Shown piece after piece: positions 51,622 through 64,000 of a DNA stretch of 64,000 nucleotides (position 1 is its first letter; each line of letters opens with the position of its first letter). The notes beneath the pieces are model-generated. The model did not search any database. It saw only the letters and a list, made by a program, of their open reading frames with translations, and was not told the origin of the DNA. This DNA is from Octopus sinensis (lineage: Eukaryota). The translations under genes were made by a program, and so were the position numbers. Where the stretch lies: NCBI RefSeq assembly GCF_006345805.1, contig NC_043009.1, positions 44,082,001 through 44,146,000 of the forward strand, written 5' to 3'.

Positions 51622-52160
51622 GCCCTGATGCAGTACCAGGCAGTGGCTCTCATGGCTTCTGATCTTAACTGATTGCAAGTGTTATCATGTACAATGTTTT
51701 GTCTTGGTATAAAAGATGGGCTACAGCAAATATTCTGCTCAATACCACAGATTTGCTTGTCAGTTGTTTGACCTTAACCAGTTGAGCATGTCCCTTAGAA
51801 GCTGACGATATGTGCATCTCTGATCATGAGCAGAAGTAGTGGGGGAGCATCATGGTCCTGTGTTGAGAGGGATTCTTTGGGGTTTGAATAATTCACCTCT
51901 GGAAACATGGGTGTTTCGTTCAACATCCTTAAGCAACCCTTATTCAGGGACCTTTTGAGCAGGATGGGCTACTCGACCAGAAGAAAATTCTAACTGGGCC
52001 CCACCTGCAAGGTCATGTGCTGTTTATCTTGATATGAGATCACCATGTCGCGCACATATGGTTGTGATGCATGTGCCTGGTGTACCCTTATCAGACGGGT
52101 AGTCATGATGGGTATACGGCGCTTCGTATATTTTACCCCAGTGTCACTTTGATGGCATGC
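51620..52160 (+). mobile_element. Retroposon 'family C', longest copy, after (AAT)n in the last ALKBH8 intron
   Basis: Same sequence as the other two copies, extended at the 5' end. Confidence 0.75.
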
Positions 52161-52874
52161 GACGACGACAACAACAACAATAGGTTGTTTAACCCCTTTT
52201 GCTACAATACAGTGCCTTTGTTTGAATTTATTTTGCAACTGTGCAGAAGCCCCTCCACTGGCTTGAAGCGAACAGCATGAATAACACACAATCATTGTCG
52301 TCATCGTCATCACCACCACCACATCGTTATCGTCATTATTATTATTTAATGTCCATGTTCCATGTTAGCACGAGTTGGACAGTTAAACAGGATCCAATGC
52401 CCTGCCCATCCCCCCAAAGAACTGCATCACGCTATACTGTTTACTTTGGTATAGATACCTTTTCTAATGCCAACTACTTTACAGCATGTATTGGGTGCTT
52501 TTTTTTTTTTCATGTGACAACACAAGGCAGCCTGCAAGACTATGAACCTCAAGGGGAGCAGCTTTATGCTAGGAGATGAAGATTAAAAGTATAAGAGAAG
52601 GGGCCAGAACAGAGGAGGTTTCTTGCAGTAGAGTAACATGACTACTCACATTTTAGAAGAGAAAGTGATCAGGGTTGAGCAGGGAAGAGATGAAAATAGC
52701 GATGATGAGGTGTCTGGGTGGACCCTCAGGGTACAAGGTTAGTAAGGTATATGGAAGAGTGAGAGATGGGGAGTGAGTGAGGTGTGTGTGTGTGAATATA
52801 ATGAATGAAGAACAGATGTTGAGGGGTGGATAAGGAGTAGTCTAATGATACATGGAGGTGGTATTCTCTACAAA

Positions 52875-53092
52875 GGCGAGCTGGCAGGAACGTTAGCACG
52901 CCGGGCGAAATGCTTACCAGTATTTCGTTGTGAGTTCAAATTCCGCCGAGGTCGACTTTGCCTTTCATCCTTTCGGGGTCGATAAATTAAGTACCAGTTA
53001 CGCACTGGGGTCGATGTAATCGACTTAATACCTATGTCTGTCCTTGTTTGTCCCCTCTGTGTTTAGCCCCTTGTGGGTAATAAATAAATAGG
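52875..53092 (+). mobile_element. SINE family B flanked by ~125-bp direct repeats
   Basis: 52746-52874 is repeated at 53091-53213. Confidence 0.9.
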
Positions 53093-53576
53093 TATATGGA
53101 AGAGTGAGAGATGGGGAGTGAGTGAGGTGTGTGTGAATATAATGAATGAAGAACATGTTGAGGGGTGGATAAGGAGTAGTCTAATGATACATGGAGGTGG
53201 TATTCTCTATAAAAATTTATGTCTTGTCTTGGGGGGGGGGTCTGTCAAATGTAATGTTTATTTATTCACATTATTTTGAATTAATCAGGCAAGCTGGCAG
53301 AATTGTTAGCACGCCCAACGAAATGCTTAACAGTATTTCGTCCGTCTTCACATTTTGAATTCAAATGCTGCCAGGGGGGTCATCTTTGGCAATCCTCCTT
53401 TGGGGGTCAATAAAATAAGTACCCGTTGAGTACTGGGCTTGATGTAATTGACTATCTCCTTCCCTTAAATTTTCAGGCCTTGTGACTATAGTAGAAAGGT
53501 TCATTTTGAATTAATCAAGCATTATCTTATAGCTTAAGATTTTTATGATGAAACTGTTTATTTTTTAGAATCACAT

Positions 53577-53942
53577 TATAGGGTAGATGTGGATGGAACC
53601 TACACTCGCCTCCTTATGAGAGCTCAAAATCTCTTGTGGAAGCGTCATACAACCAAAATGCAAATATATGGGAAACTACCACCTGTGTCATCTCTTGTGA
53701 AAGGTAGGAGAGTCCAGTTTGCTGGACATTGTTGTAGAGCTGAAAACGAGGCAATTTCTACTCTTCTCCTCTGGAAGCCATATACTCGCAATACCAGAGG
53801 GCGCACACTCTCCTACCCTGATGTAGGATACAGGCATCCAGCAACAGGACCTCCGTAATGCCATGATGGACCGTGAAGTCTGGCATAGCATGGTAAATTC
53901 CATTGTCTCGACCACGGTCGAACAATGATGATGATGATGAGA
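53577..53942 (+). mobile_element. RTE-clade LINE 3' fragment with (ATG)n tail (ALKBH8 intron)
   Basis: DGTYTRLLMRAQN..W.....IYG.LPPVS..V..RRVQFAGHC.R motif followed by aatgatgatgatg. Confidence 0.8.
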
Positions 53943-54061
53943 TGTGAAAGGCTGATCTGGTTGGTTGGTGTATAAAACAGGTAGAATATTTTGGCCGGAT
54001 ATAGTCTGTTTAAATGGTAAATGGTTAAACAATTAAATTTAATCAAATGAGATCTACTTAC

Positions 54062-54211
54062 TTTTGTGGACAGGTGATGAATGACTGCAATACAGATGCA
54101 GGCATCAAAGGTGTTTGATCTGAGAGGAATTGCCATCACATCACCCACAAACACCTCAAAATTCCGCTCTTTACATATATTTATTAGGTTTTCACTTCGA
54201 TCTGAACCAAT
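54062..54211 (-). CDS. ALKBH8: ALKBH8 exon: IGSDRSENLINICKERNFEVFVGDVMAIPLRSNTFDACICIAVIHHLSTK
   Basis: ttttgtAG acceptor, GTaagt donor, 150 nt phase 0-0. Contains G.DRS..L and DAC..IAVIHH motifs of Trm9-family methyltransferases. Confidence 0.95.
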
Positions 54212-54368
54212 CTACAAAAATAAGTAATAAAAACAAATAAATATATTATTTTTAAAAAAAAGAGGAAATTTGAAAAAACAATACATCATCACCATCTTCA
54301 TCATCATCATCATCAGGGTACAAACTCAAAGGCTGCCTCAGGCAGCACACTCTAGCTGTGCCCCTGTA

Positions 54369-54627
54369 GGGGTCACTCCGAAAAGCTCTATCTGCGACGA
54401 TTTCATCTCAATCGAAGGAGAGGGGCTTTCTCCGTCCAGGTTGCGGATCCGTGGAATAAGCTGCCGGATGAGATAGTGAAGATGCCGACGACCACTCGGT
54501 TCAAAGTCTTCCTTGACCAAAAATGGCCTGAACTCTTTACATGAACACCACCCTGTACATAACTCCATGTCCCCCTACATGGCCTTGCATTTTGCTTTTT
54601 GAGCCAAAAAATTAACTAACTAACTAA
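54369..54627 (+). mobile_element. CR1 LINE 3' fragment, same family as 59678-60075, opposite orientation
   Basis: ccgaaaagctctatctgcgacgatttcatctcaatcgaagg... through the taactaact tail is shared with that copy. Confidence 0.9.
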
Positions 54628-54669
54628 GAACAATAGCAACCTTAACAGAAATGGTACAGTGTGACATAC

Positions 54670-54825
54670 CTGATAAATTGAAGGATTGACACCAAAGTAT
54701 TTGCCATTTCCACAGCCTATGTCAGCCACTAAAGCACCGTCTTGGAGTGATTGTAGGAATTCTTTCACTTTGGGCCAAGGAGAGTGTCTTGTGCGGCTGA
54801 AGTGATCGGCAATTTCATTGTAGAC
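54670..54825 (-). CDS. ALKBH8: ALKBH8 exon, SAM-binding motif I: [52 protein letters not shown]
   Basis: ctttAG acceptor, GTatgt donor, 156 nt phase 0-0. Contains the Trm9/ALKBH8 VY..IA.HFS.TRH.PWP and DIGCGNGKY motifs. Confidence 0.95.
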
Positions 54826-55408
54826 CTAAAGTGAGGAATATAACAAAAGAGAATTCTCCGCCTTAATCAATATGAAATCAAAACTAAATTATCAACAGAC
54901 AAGAAAAATATTAGCCAAAAAGACTAAAACAATTTTTTGTTTTTTTTATCAAGGTAAACTTATCCCCATACTAGAATATACAGATATAGAAATTTACCAT
55001 AATGTAGAACTACATATGCTACTAATACAGCACTATATTGATATAGTATCCAATATTAGTCCATATTGATATAGTTCCATATCATAATGCAATACTATAC
55101 TTACTACTAATACAATATCTTATAAATATAGTATCTCATACTGGTACAGTACTATATTGATAGAATGAAAGCAGAGAATGGTGACTGTGGTTGAGTCGTT
55201 ATCAATATCTCCATCCATATTCACAAACACTGAATTCAGTCCTGTTCTCAAACACTTCTAGATCACCTGAGAGCGAGAGAGAGAGAGAGTTCGTACATAC
55301 ATACATACATACATACATATATTAAGGCGTATTCCATTAGGAACGTAGCAGAGTACAAATCAGAACTCATTCACCCTTAGAATTATCAAACAGCCGGTAG
55401 TATAACAG

Positions 55409-55642
55409 AAGGCGGCGGGCTGGCAGAAACGTTAGCGCGCCGGGCGAAATGCGTAGCCGTATTTCGTCTGCCGTTACATTCTGAGTTCAAATTCCGCCAA
55501 GGTCGACTTTGCCTTTCATCCTTTCGGGGTCGATTAATTAAGTACCAGTTACATACTGGGGTCGATGTAATCGACTTAATCCGTGTGTTGTCCTTGTTTT
55601 TCCCCTCTATGTTTAGCCCCTTGTGGGTAGTAAAGAAATAGG
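55409..55642 (+). mobile_element. SINE family B with 10-bp TSD
   Basis: agtataacag at 55399-55408 and 55644-55653. Confidence 0.9.
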
Positions 55643-57376
55643 AAGTATAACAGTATACTTTCAAGTCTAGGTTTAAGCATTCATTCAGTGTGAAAATAAA
55701 ATTTGATAAAATAGAGATAACAAGAAGGAGTATGGTTAGACAGCTATTTAATAAACACTACACATGTTTCAATACAACATAGATCTGCATATACACAAAC
55801 CTACCAACCCACCCAGCTATCCTGGATTCTTTGTCCCAATTCCCTTTTTATCCACTTTCTTGTACCTTGAGAACATGCCCTGACACCTCTTCTTCACCAT
55901 CCTTTCTCCTTTCCCTGCTGGGGTAGCCATTTGGCTCCTCAACAGCCAGACATCTGTTCGTGACCCTCTATCATAATTTAGTCTCTCAACACCTGGCACA
56001 AAACCATCTCCTTCGATACTGCGCCCACCCCCATTCTGCTAAGGGGTCTTGTCTTGCAAGTTTCTTGATGACCTCACTAGTGCTGGTGCCATGAAAAGAA
56101 TAGCCAGTACACTCTGTAAAGTGGTTGGCATTAGGAAGAGCATCCAGTCACAGAAACCATACCAAAGCAGGCAATGGAGCACAACACAGCCCTCATTAAA
56201 TCTTGTTGGATCATGCAACCCATGCTAACATGGAATATAGACATATGATGATGATGATATAGCACCTCATACTAGACTTTACTGACACTGTTTTATAATC
56301 AATTTAGTAACCCACAGTAGACCATACTGATACAGTTCTTAGTTGGATATAGTGCCCCATACTGGAACATACAAATACAGTACTACATCGATATAGTATG
56401 TACAAAGCTTTGTTTAAAGTCATGTAAATAGTTTTACCGAAATGGCAAGAAGAAATTTAAAGTAGAAGCAGTCATCAGCAAGAGAGGAACTTGTTTCAGC
56501 ACAAAGGGATCCTACCCAAAAACGTTAGACTTCTCTCCTTCACAACAAAATTCATTCTACATCACAAACCTTTTACCAATACAGACCATCCCTAGCTGCA
56601 CCAGATTCTACAAATTTGACTGGGATATAAAATCATCATCATTTAACATCTGTCATCCATGCTTGTATGGGTCACGACAGTTTGACTGCATCCAGTGAGC
56701 AACAAGGCTGCATCATGATCCATGTCACCTTTGGCATGGCTCCTACAGCTGGATTCCCTTCTTAATACCAACACCTTTACAGAGTGTACTGGGTGCTTTT
56801 TTTCATATCATTGACACTAGTGAGATTGCCACTGTTCCTTAATAGCAGTCAAGTGATTTCATAGATGCTCCCCTGATAATACTCAACGGTGTAAGTCAGA
56901 AGAGCTTGAGGCAGGAGGCATCAACTGGTGGACTATAGCTCATATGTAGTTCTCTGACGACTCCTCTACATGCCTCAGACAGGTTTGTAAAAATTTTCCT
57001 AATACAAGGTATCTGTCAGTCATTGAGCAGTTAATGGCTTTTAGATTTGTTTAATTTTTGCTTTCATAACCATGGACATAGATGTGTGATTGAGTTCCTT
57101 TGCATGCCACCTTGGGCAAATGTCTTCTACTATAAACTTGAGCTGACCAAAGACTCATGAGTAGATTTGGTAGACAGAAACTGAAAGAAGTCCATGATGT
57201 GTGTGTACACACAGATGTATTTGTTTGTGTATTTGTGTGTACCCTTGTCTTCCTACCACATGATAGATGTAAACAATGATGCAATCATACAAGTGAAGTT
57301 GTTCATTTCCAATGTTCCATCAAAAGCAAGTCTGGCCATGGGGAAATATAACCTTGCTTGGAAACAGGTGAGGGTT

Positions 57377-57670
57377 CATCATCATCATCGTTTAGCATCC
57401 GCTTTCCATGCTAGTATGGGTTGGACGGTTCAACTGGGGTCTGGGAAGCCAGAAGGCTGCACCAGGCCCAGTCTGATCTGGCAATGTTTCTACGGCTGGA
57501 TGCCCTTCCTAACGCCAACCACTCCGTGAATGTAGTGAGTGCTTTTTACGTGCCAGACGAGGCTGGCAAACGGCCACGATCTGGTGCTTTTTACATGCCA
57601 CCGGCACGAGGCCAGGTTGGTAACAGGAAAGGCATCCAGCTGTAGAAAATCTGCCTCAATGAATTATATC
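57377..57670 (-). mobile_element. SINE family D with (GAT)n tail
   Basis: ctggatgcccttcctaacgccaacc core; catcatcatcgtttagcatccgc tail. Confidence 0.85.
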
Positions 57671-58046
57671 TGACCCATAGAAGTACCTATTTATTTCATT
57701 ATGTGTGTGTGTGTGTGTCTACCCTTGCCTTGGCATCATATGGCGTTTGTAAAGTGGATATCACCAGGATAAAGCAATGTTCCTTTCCAATCACCAGTGG
57801 AAAACATACTTGACCATGGGGCAAATATTACCTTGCTTGGAAACAGGTGAGGTGGGGGGATGGTGACAGGAAGGGCATCAGGTTGTAAAAAATCCACCTC
57901 AACAAATACCATCTGACCCACACAGGCTTAGAGAAGCAGATGCTAGATGAGGATAATGAAGATGATGATGATGAACTCTGCTAGTAAAAGAAATGGAGGG
58001 ATACATGAGGATATTTTTATATGTAAGGTCTGATACAATAGACATA

Positions 58047-58825
58047 TACTCTTTTACTTGTTTCAGTCATGTGACTGTGACCATGCTGGAGCACTGCCTT
58101 TAGTCAAGCAAAGCAAGCCCAGGAACTTATTCTTTGTAAGCCTAGTACTTATTCTATCCATCTCTTTTGCCGAACTGCTAAGTTACGGGGACATAAACAC
58201 ACCAGCATCGGTTGTCAAGCAATGTTGGGGGGACAAACACAGATACACAAACATATACACACACATACATATATATATATATATATGAATCGAAATCGAT
58301 CAACATCAATGGAAATTGCAGCTGTGATACTAGTGCCGGTGGCACGTAAGAGAACCATCCGAATGTGGCCGTTGCCAGTGTCGCTCCGACTGGCCTTGTG
58401 CCGGTGGCACATAAAAAGCACCATCCGATCGTGGCCGTTTGCCAGACTCGTCTGGCACGTAAAAAGCACCCACTACATTCACGGAGTGGTTGGCATTAGG
58501 AAGGGCATCCAGCCGTAGAAACATTGCCAGATCAGACTGGGCCTGGTGCAGCCTTCTGGCTTCCCAGACCCCAGTTGAACCGTCCAACCCATGCTAGCAT
58601 GGAAAGCGGACGCTAAACGATGATGATGATGATGATATATATACATATATATACATATATACAACAGGCTTCTTTCAGTTTCCGTCTACCAAATCCACTC
58701 ACAAGGCTTTGGTTGGCCTGAGGCTATATTAGAAGACACTTGCCCAAGGTGCCATGAAGTGGGACTGAACCCGGAACCATGTGGTTGGTAAGCAAGCTAC
58801 TTACCACACAGCCACTCCTACGCCT
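58047..58825 (-). mobile_element. SINE family A interrupted by a family D element
   Basis: Family A halves lie either side of 58285-58633. Confidence 0.85.
58285..58633 (+). mobile_element. SINE family D
   Basis: Near-identical reverse complement of 57377-57650. Confidence 0.85.
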
Positions 58826-58955
58826 GGGCAAAGGGTAAATGTAAAAATATCAAAAATGTGCGATTACAAATAGGGGTGGCTGATCCCTGGCTTTATGCAG
58901 GTACCCCTTGCTTTACATCTGTTGTAAAAGAAAAAAATATTGTTTGATTGGTTAC

Positions 58956-59028
58956 CTGATGGACGTGAGTGACTTCTAAATTGGCAGCTCTAGTCTCTGG
59001 GACTTCAAGAGAGGATGGATCCAGTTTA
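58956..59028 (-). CDS. ALKBH8: ALKBH8 internal exon (linker before methyltransferase domain): (x)KLDPSSLEVPETRAANLEVTHVHQ
   Basis: ttttacAG acceptor and GTaac donor; 73 nt (1+72). Ends ...HVHQ, matching ALKBH8 ...LEQEYVHQ|VYEEIA, and splices in phase 0 to the next exon. Confidence 0.85.
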
Positions 59029-59677
59029 CTGTAAAACACATAAAATAGAAATATACTTTTCACTTAAATTTTCAGAAAGATCTTTAAAAATCTCATAAAC
59101 CAATCACTACAACAACAGCAACCACAACACTGTCACCATTGCTGCCAACACCACCAACATCATCATCATCATCATTCTAAGCAAGGTAATATTTCCCTGT
59201 GACCAGACACGTTTTTCATAGAAATATTGGAAAGGAACGACACTGCTTGAATGACAGTGACACAAATCTACAACAACCATACAATGTCAAGACAAGGAAA
59301 CACAAACATATACTCTCTCCCTCACTCTCTCACACACACACACACACACATGCATATAAAGCCTTTTTCATTGGAAATAAAATTGGCAGTCTCTCCTGCG
59401 ACTCATGTTTCACATCATTGTGATCTTCAGGCATGAAACTGACAAACTGTCATCTTCAATTTCAATTAAAAGATTCACAACCTCTACAGCACGTATTGAG
59501 CACTCTCCTCTCCTTTGTCTGACATAAACCAATGAACACACACACACTCACATATATATATGGGCTTCTTTCAGTTTCTGCCTTCGAGCTCCACTTACAA
59601 GGCTTTGGTCAGCCTGGTGCTATTGTAGAAAACATTTGCTCAAGATGTCACGCAGTAGGACTGAACATGGAAACATG

Positions 59678-60075
59678 TTAGTTAGTTAGTTAGTTAGTTA
59701 ATTTTTTGGCTCAAAAAGCAAAAAACAAGGCCATGTAGGGGGACATGTAAAGAGTTCAGGCCACTTGAGGTCAAGGGAGACTTTGAACCGAGCGGTCGTC
59801 GGCATCTTCACCATCTCGTCTGGCAGCTTATTCCACGGATCCGCAACACGGATGGAGAAAGCCCCTCTCCTTCGATTGAGATGAAATCGTCGCAGATAGA
59901 GCTTTTCGGAATGACCCCGCAGCCGACGCTCTGGAGCAGGAGTGAAGAACAGCTCTTTCGAGAGGTTACACTTCCCGCTTATGATGTTGTGAGCAAGAAT
60001 GAGATCTCCATGGCGGCGGCGTTTTTCTAGAGAATAAAGTTCGAGCGTCTTCAGCCTTTCTTCATAAGACAAATT
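59678..60075 (-). mobile_element. CR1 LINE 3' fragment with (TAAC)n tail
   Basis: SYEERLKTLELYSLEKRR.GDLI...RLRGHSEKL...FSIRV..WNKLP (CR1 C-terminal signature). Confidence 0.9.
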
Positions 60076-60417
60076 CTTTGTGGGAAGGCAAACTTCTTAA
60101 CCACACAACTACTCCTGGGCCTTAGTTATTTAATGAGTATCATCTAAATTATGTTTCATGTTATAAAATATGGAAACCATTGTTTCTAAACACAATGGTG
60201 ACAGGTTAATGAAACACACAAATGGAAGTCAAATCATAATGTTACAGATTATTAAACTCATCTTTAAATTGTAATGCTTACAATATTTAGGACACAGACA
60301 TGGCTATGTGGTTACAAAGTTCACTTCAAAACCTCATGGTTTCAAGTTCAGTCCTAGTGCATGGTACCTTGAGCAATTGTGGGGAGAGGTAGAGGGGGGG
60401 ATCAAAATTTGGATTTC

Positions 60418-60823
60418 TCTCTTTACTCTCTCTTTTACTTGTTTCAGTCATTTGACTGCGGCCATGCTGGAGCACCGCCTTTAATCGAGCAACTCGACCC
60501 CGGGACTTATTCTTTTGTAAGCCCAGTACTTATTCTATTGGTCTCTTTTGCCGAACCGTTAAGTAACGGGGACATAAACACACCAGCATCAGTTGTCAAG
60601 CAATGCTAGGGGGACAAACACAGACACACAAACACACACATGCATATATATAGATATATACAATGGGCTTCTTTCAGTTTCCGTCTACCAAATCCACTCA
60701 CAAGGCTTTGGTCGGCCCGAGGCTATAGTAGAAGACACTTGCCCAAGTGCCACGCAGTGGGACTGAACCCGGAACCTTGTGGTTGGTAAACAAGCTACTT
60801 ACCACACAGCCACTCCTGCGCCT
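60418..60823 (-). mobile_element. SINE family A
   Basis: Matches the other family A copies. Confidence 0.9.
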
Positions 60824-61451
60824 ATATATAAACATTGCAAATATACAGTGCAGTGAGGTTAATTAGTACACAGAATAAATAACATTCATAACAACAAATA
60901 ACCTGAGATAATTAAACATCTAACTGGCCAGAAGAATACTAACAAGGCCCAGGAGGAATTGCATTGATCTGGGGTCTCTATGTATGTTTTACTAACATTC
61001 AACATGAATTTGCTAAATATCTGGAATTGATAAATGATATCTTCATCAGACTGTTTATAATTAAGCTAACATGAGAGACTCTACATGGTTGTTCCATGTG
61101 CTAGAAATAGCATCCCTCGTTCTGGAAAGAGAAAAAGGTGGAATGGTCATGACTGGAGCATTTTTGATCATAGACCTGTTCAGCCAGGACTGGCCTGTGG
61201 GCTAAATAGTAACAACATGAGGATGAAGGATACAATGTTAGGTGTATCAGGATTGGATAGTCATAGCTGGAACATATTTGATCATAGGTCAGTCTAATCA
61301 AGATTTGACTGGACTGAATTAGGGAACCGAAACTCAGATAGAGGTAATGATGTTTTTGCTTTTGTTGTTGTTTAACCCCAGATCAGCCTTGCTCCAACAG
61401 ACCTATGATCAAACCTATTCCAGCTACAACCATCTTATATACATATATTTA

Positions 61452-61770
61452 TCTGATTGTGGCCATTGCCCCGATTGTGGCCGTTGCCTCCGATTGTGGC
61501 CGTTGCCAGCCTCGTCTGGCCTCCGTGTTGTGGCACATAAAAAGCACCATCCGATCGTGGGCGTTTGCCAGTCTCGTCTGGCACCTGTGCAGGTGGCACA
61601 TAAAAAGCACCCACTACACTCTCGGAGTGGTTGGCGTTAGGAAGGGCATCCAGCTGTAGAAACACTGCCAGATCAGACTAGGCCTGGCGCAACCTTCTGG
61701 CTTCCCAGACCCCAGTTGAACCGTCCAACCCATGCTAGCATGGAAAACGGACGTTAAACGATGATGATGA
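61452..61770 (+). mobile_element. SINE family D
   Basis: Same core and (GAT)n tail, with internal short repeats. Confidence 0.8.
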
Positions 61771-62350
61771 TATATATATATATATATTGTTCAAGCAGTG
61801 GGCTGCATTATCACATTGTGATACTTGAAGCAGTATGGTATATAATTTGAGGAAAATTTTTGCTGTTATTTTTAGCAGGTCAAGCAACCATGTAGAAGGA
61901 GATATTTTCCCCCATAAGAAAAATGAAAGGTGATGGTGGTTGTGCTGCTGTTGCTGCTGGGGGTGTGTAAGGGGGTGGAGTGGAATTAAAAGTTTAGATT
62001 ACAAGATAAATGAAAACAAAAGTAAGACTGTTAAGTCTTTTATGCTCCTAATGAAGATGAGGAAAGAGAGGGTTACGTGGGAGGGGGGTTGAGAGTACGG
62101 GGGGGGGGGCAGAGAGTGGAGAGAACAGGAGGCTGAGCAGAGACTTCTGTTGTTGTTGTTGCTTGATGATGGTCATTAAGTGTACTGGAATCTACAGTAA
62201 GCTTACTGGCCTAAATCTGTTGTTATGGTTATTGTTGTTGTTGCCTTAACTTATAATTGGTCCTGAAATATTCACCACCAATGCCACCACCACCACCACC
62301 ACCGACATCACCACCACCAGCATCATCATCACTAAGAACAACAGTAAAAC

Positions 62351-62383
<33 letters not shown>

Positions 62384-62514
62384 CGAGAAAATATGTAAAA
62401 TTTTGATGAAGGTAGCCTGTTATTTGGTGGCTTGGTGCACTTAATAACCAGCTGCTCCTGACAATATATCTTATATATATATATATATATACATACATAC
62501 CTATATATATATAT

Positions 62515-62545
<31 letters not shown>

Positions 62546-62723
62546 GGATCATCATATTATCACGCTAAATGAATGATGAATGATGATGATAATATATATA
62601 TATATATATAATATATATATGTGTGTGTATATATATATATAGGTATGTATGTATGTATATATATATATATATATCATCATCATCATCATCATCATCGTTT
62701 ATAGGTATGTATATATATAGGTA

Positions 62724-62779
<56 letters not shown>

Positions 62780-62969
62780 TATGTGTGTATATATATATAT
62801 ATAGGTATGTATATAAACATGTGGCTGTGTGTATATAAAGTACATCTGTAAAGATAAGGATTCTTGTCAAAGAAGTGACAAGGCAGGGAAGTAAAATAAA
62901 AATAATAAATAAAGGGAGGAAGGTGAGAGAAGAGACAAAAATGTGGGAGAGAAGGAGAGGGAATGGTGA

Positions 62970-63560
62970 TAGTGGTGGTGGTGGTGGTGGTGGTGGTGGT
63001 AGTGCCATGTTAACTGAAGGAGGTTAAAGCATTGTCTTGAGAACTGGAGCATTTGGGTTTTAGTGCAAAAATCAGGATGCTGATGGTGGTGGTGGTGGGG
63101 TGGTGGTGGTGGAGGTTGTGGTGGTAGAGGTGCAGCTGCTAGTGGTGATGATGATGATGATGGAGGTTGTAGTGCTGGTGATGGTGATGATGATGATGAT
63201 GGTAGTAGTGGTGATAATGGTAACTGCAGTGATGATGATGAGTGTTGTGATGACATGGCCGATGATGACAGCAGCAGTGGTGGTGGTGGTGGTGATAATG
63301 ATGACAGCAATGATGGTGATGACAGTGTTGTGATGACATTGATGATGATGATAGCAGCAGTGGTGACAGTGGCAGTGGTGGTGGTGATGACAACAACGAT
63401 TGGTGATGACAGTGTTGTGATGACGTTGATGATGACAACCATTATCATCATCACCATGAAGATATGAAGATGGCAACGAGGAGGATGACGACAAACGTGA
63501 TGATGAGGATGAGGTAGGTGATGAGGAGGGCAACGGTGGTGGGAATGGTGTGATTAGCAA
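62970..63560. repeat. (GGT/GAT)n-rich low-complexity tract
   Basis: Direct reading of the sequence. Confidence 0.85.
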
Positions 63561-63681
63561 GTTTTGAGTGCACCTCCACCTCCACACAGCTGATGAAGAA
63601 GAGATAGCAGTATGCATACATATGCACACATATATATACAAATATATATACACATGTACACACGTACACACATATACAGAT

Positions 63682-63716
<35 letters not shown>

Positions 63717-63881
63717 CATACATGTACAAATATGCATATATATGCATACATATATATATACATACACATGTATGTATATACAAATGCACACACACACATA
63801 TATATATATACGTTTATACATACAAATGTACATATATATATACATACATATACATGTATACAAATATACATATATACCTAC

Positions 63882-63919
<38 letters not shown>

Positions 63920-64000
63920 ATACATATATACACATATGCACATGCACATACATATGCACACACCCATATACATACATGCATGCATACATACACACACACA

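Noticed and set aside
55817-55999. ORF as an additional ALKBH8 exon
   Set aside because: No ALKBH8 similarity, and the exons at 58956 and 54825 already join without a gap.
60903-61020. Splice-bounded open segment on - containing RPQINAIPPG, resembling ALKBH8 RPQALPPG
   Set aside because: The resembling frame stops immediately, the open frame has no ALKBH8 similarity, and the expected RTSFTFRK exon was not found in 59029-64000.

Overview
AT-rich, repeat-dominated eukaryotic DNA. The SINE, microsatellite and LINE complement is what I associate with octopod cephalopod (Octopus) genomes; this is inferred from repeat families, not a search. One gene is recognisable: the last four coding exons of ALKBH8 (Trm9-type tRNA wobble-uridine methyltransferase domain) on the minus strand, at 59028-58956, 54825-54670, 54211-54062 and 51543-50972. 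All introns are GT-AG and phase-compatible; upstream exons lie beyond the window. The last exon is one base short of frame. Nearly all other listed ORFs are microsatellite artefacts or decayed transposon pieces: Helitron helicase, mariner, Tc1/maT-like, hAT, RTE and CR1. Most notable structures: (1) a perfect 225-bp-arm fold-back of a Penelope-like terminus carrying an intact minimal hammerhead ribozyme on each strand, plus two degenerate hammerheads nearby; (2) a 19 x 49-bp array made from the right terminal repeat of a piggyBac-like MITE just downstream of ALKBH8; (3) a Mutator-like element with a 9-bp TSD; (4) a SINE with a ~125-bp TSD; (5) inverted repeat pairs flanking ALKBH8 exons. Possible exons of an unrecognised plus-strand gene in the first 15 kb are reported with low confidence only. 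Coordinates were counted by hand, so repeat boundaries may be off by a few bases.
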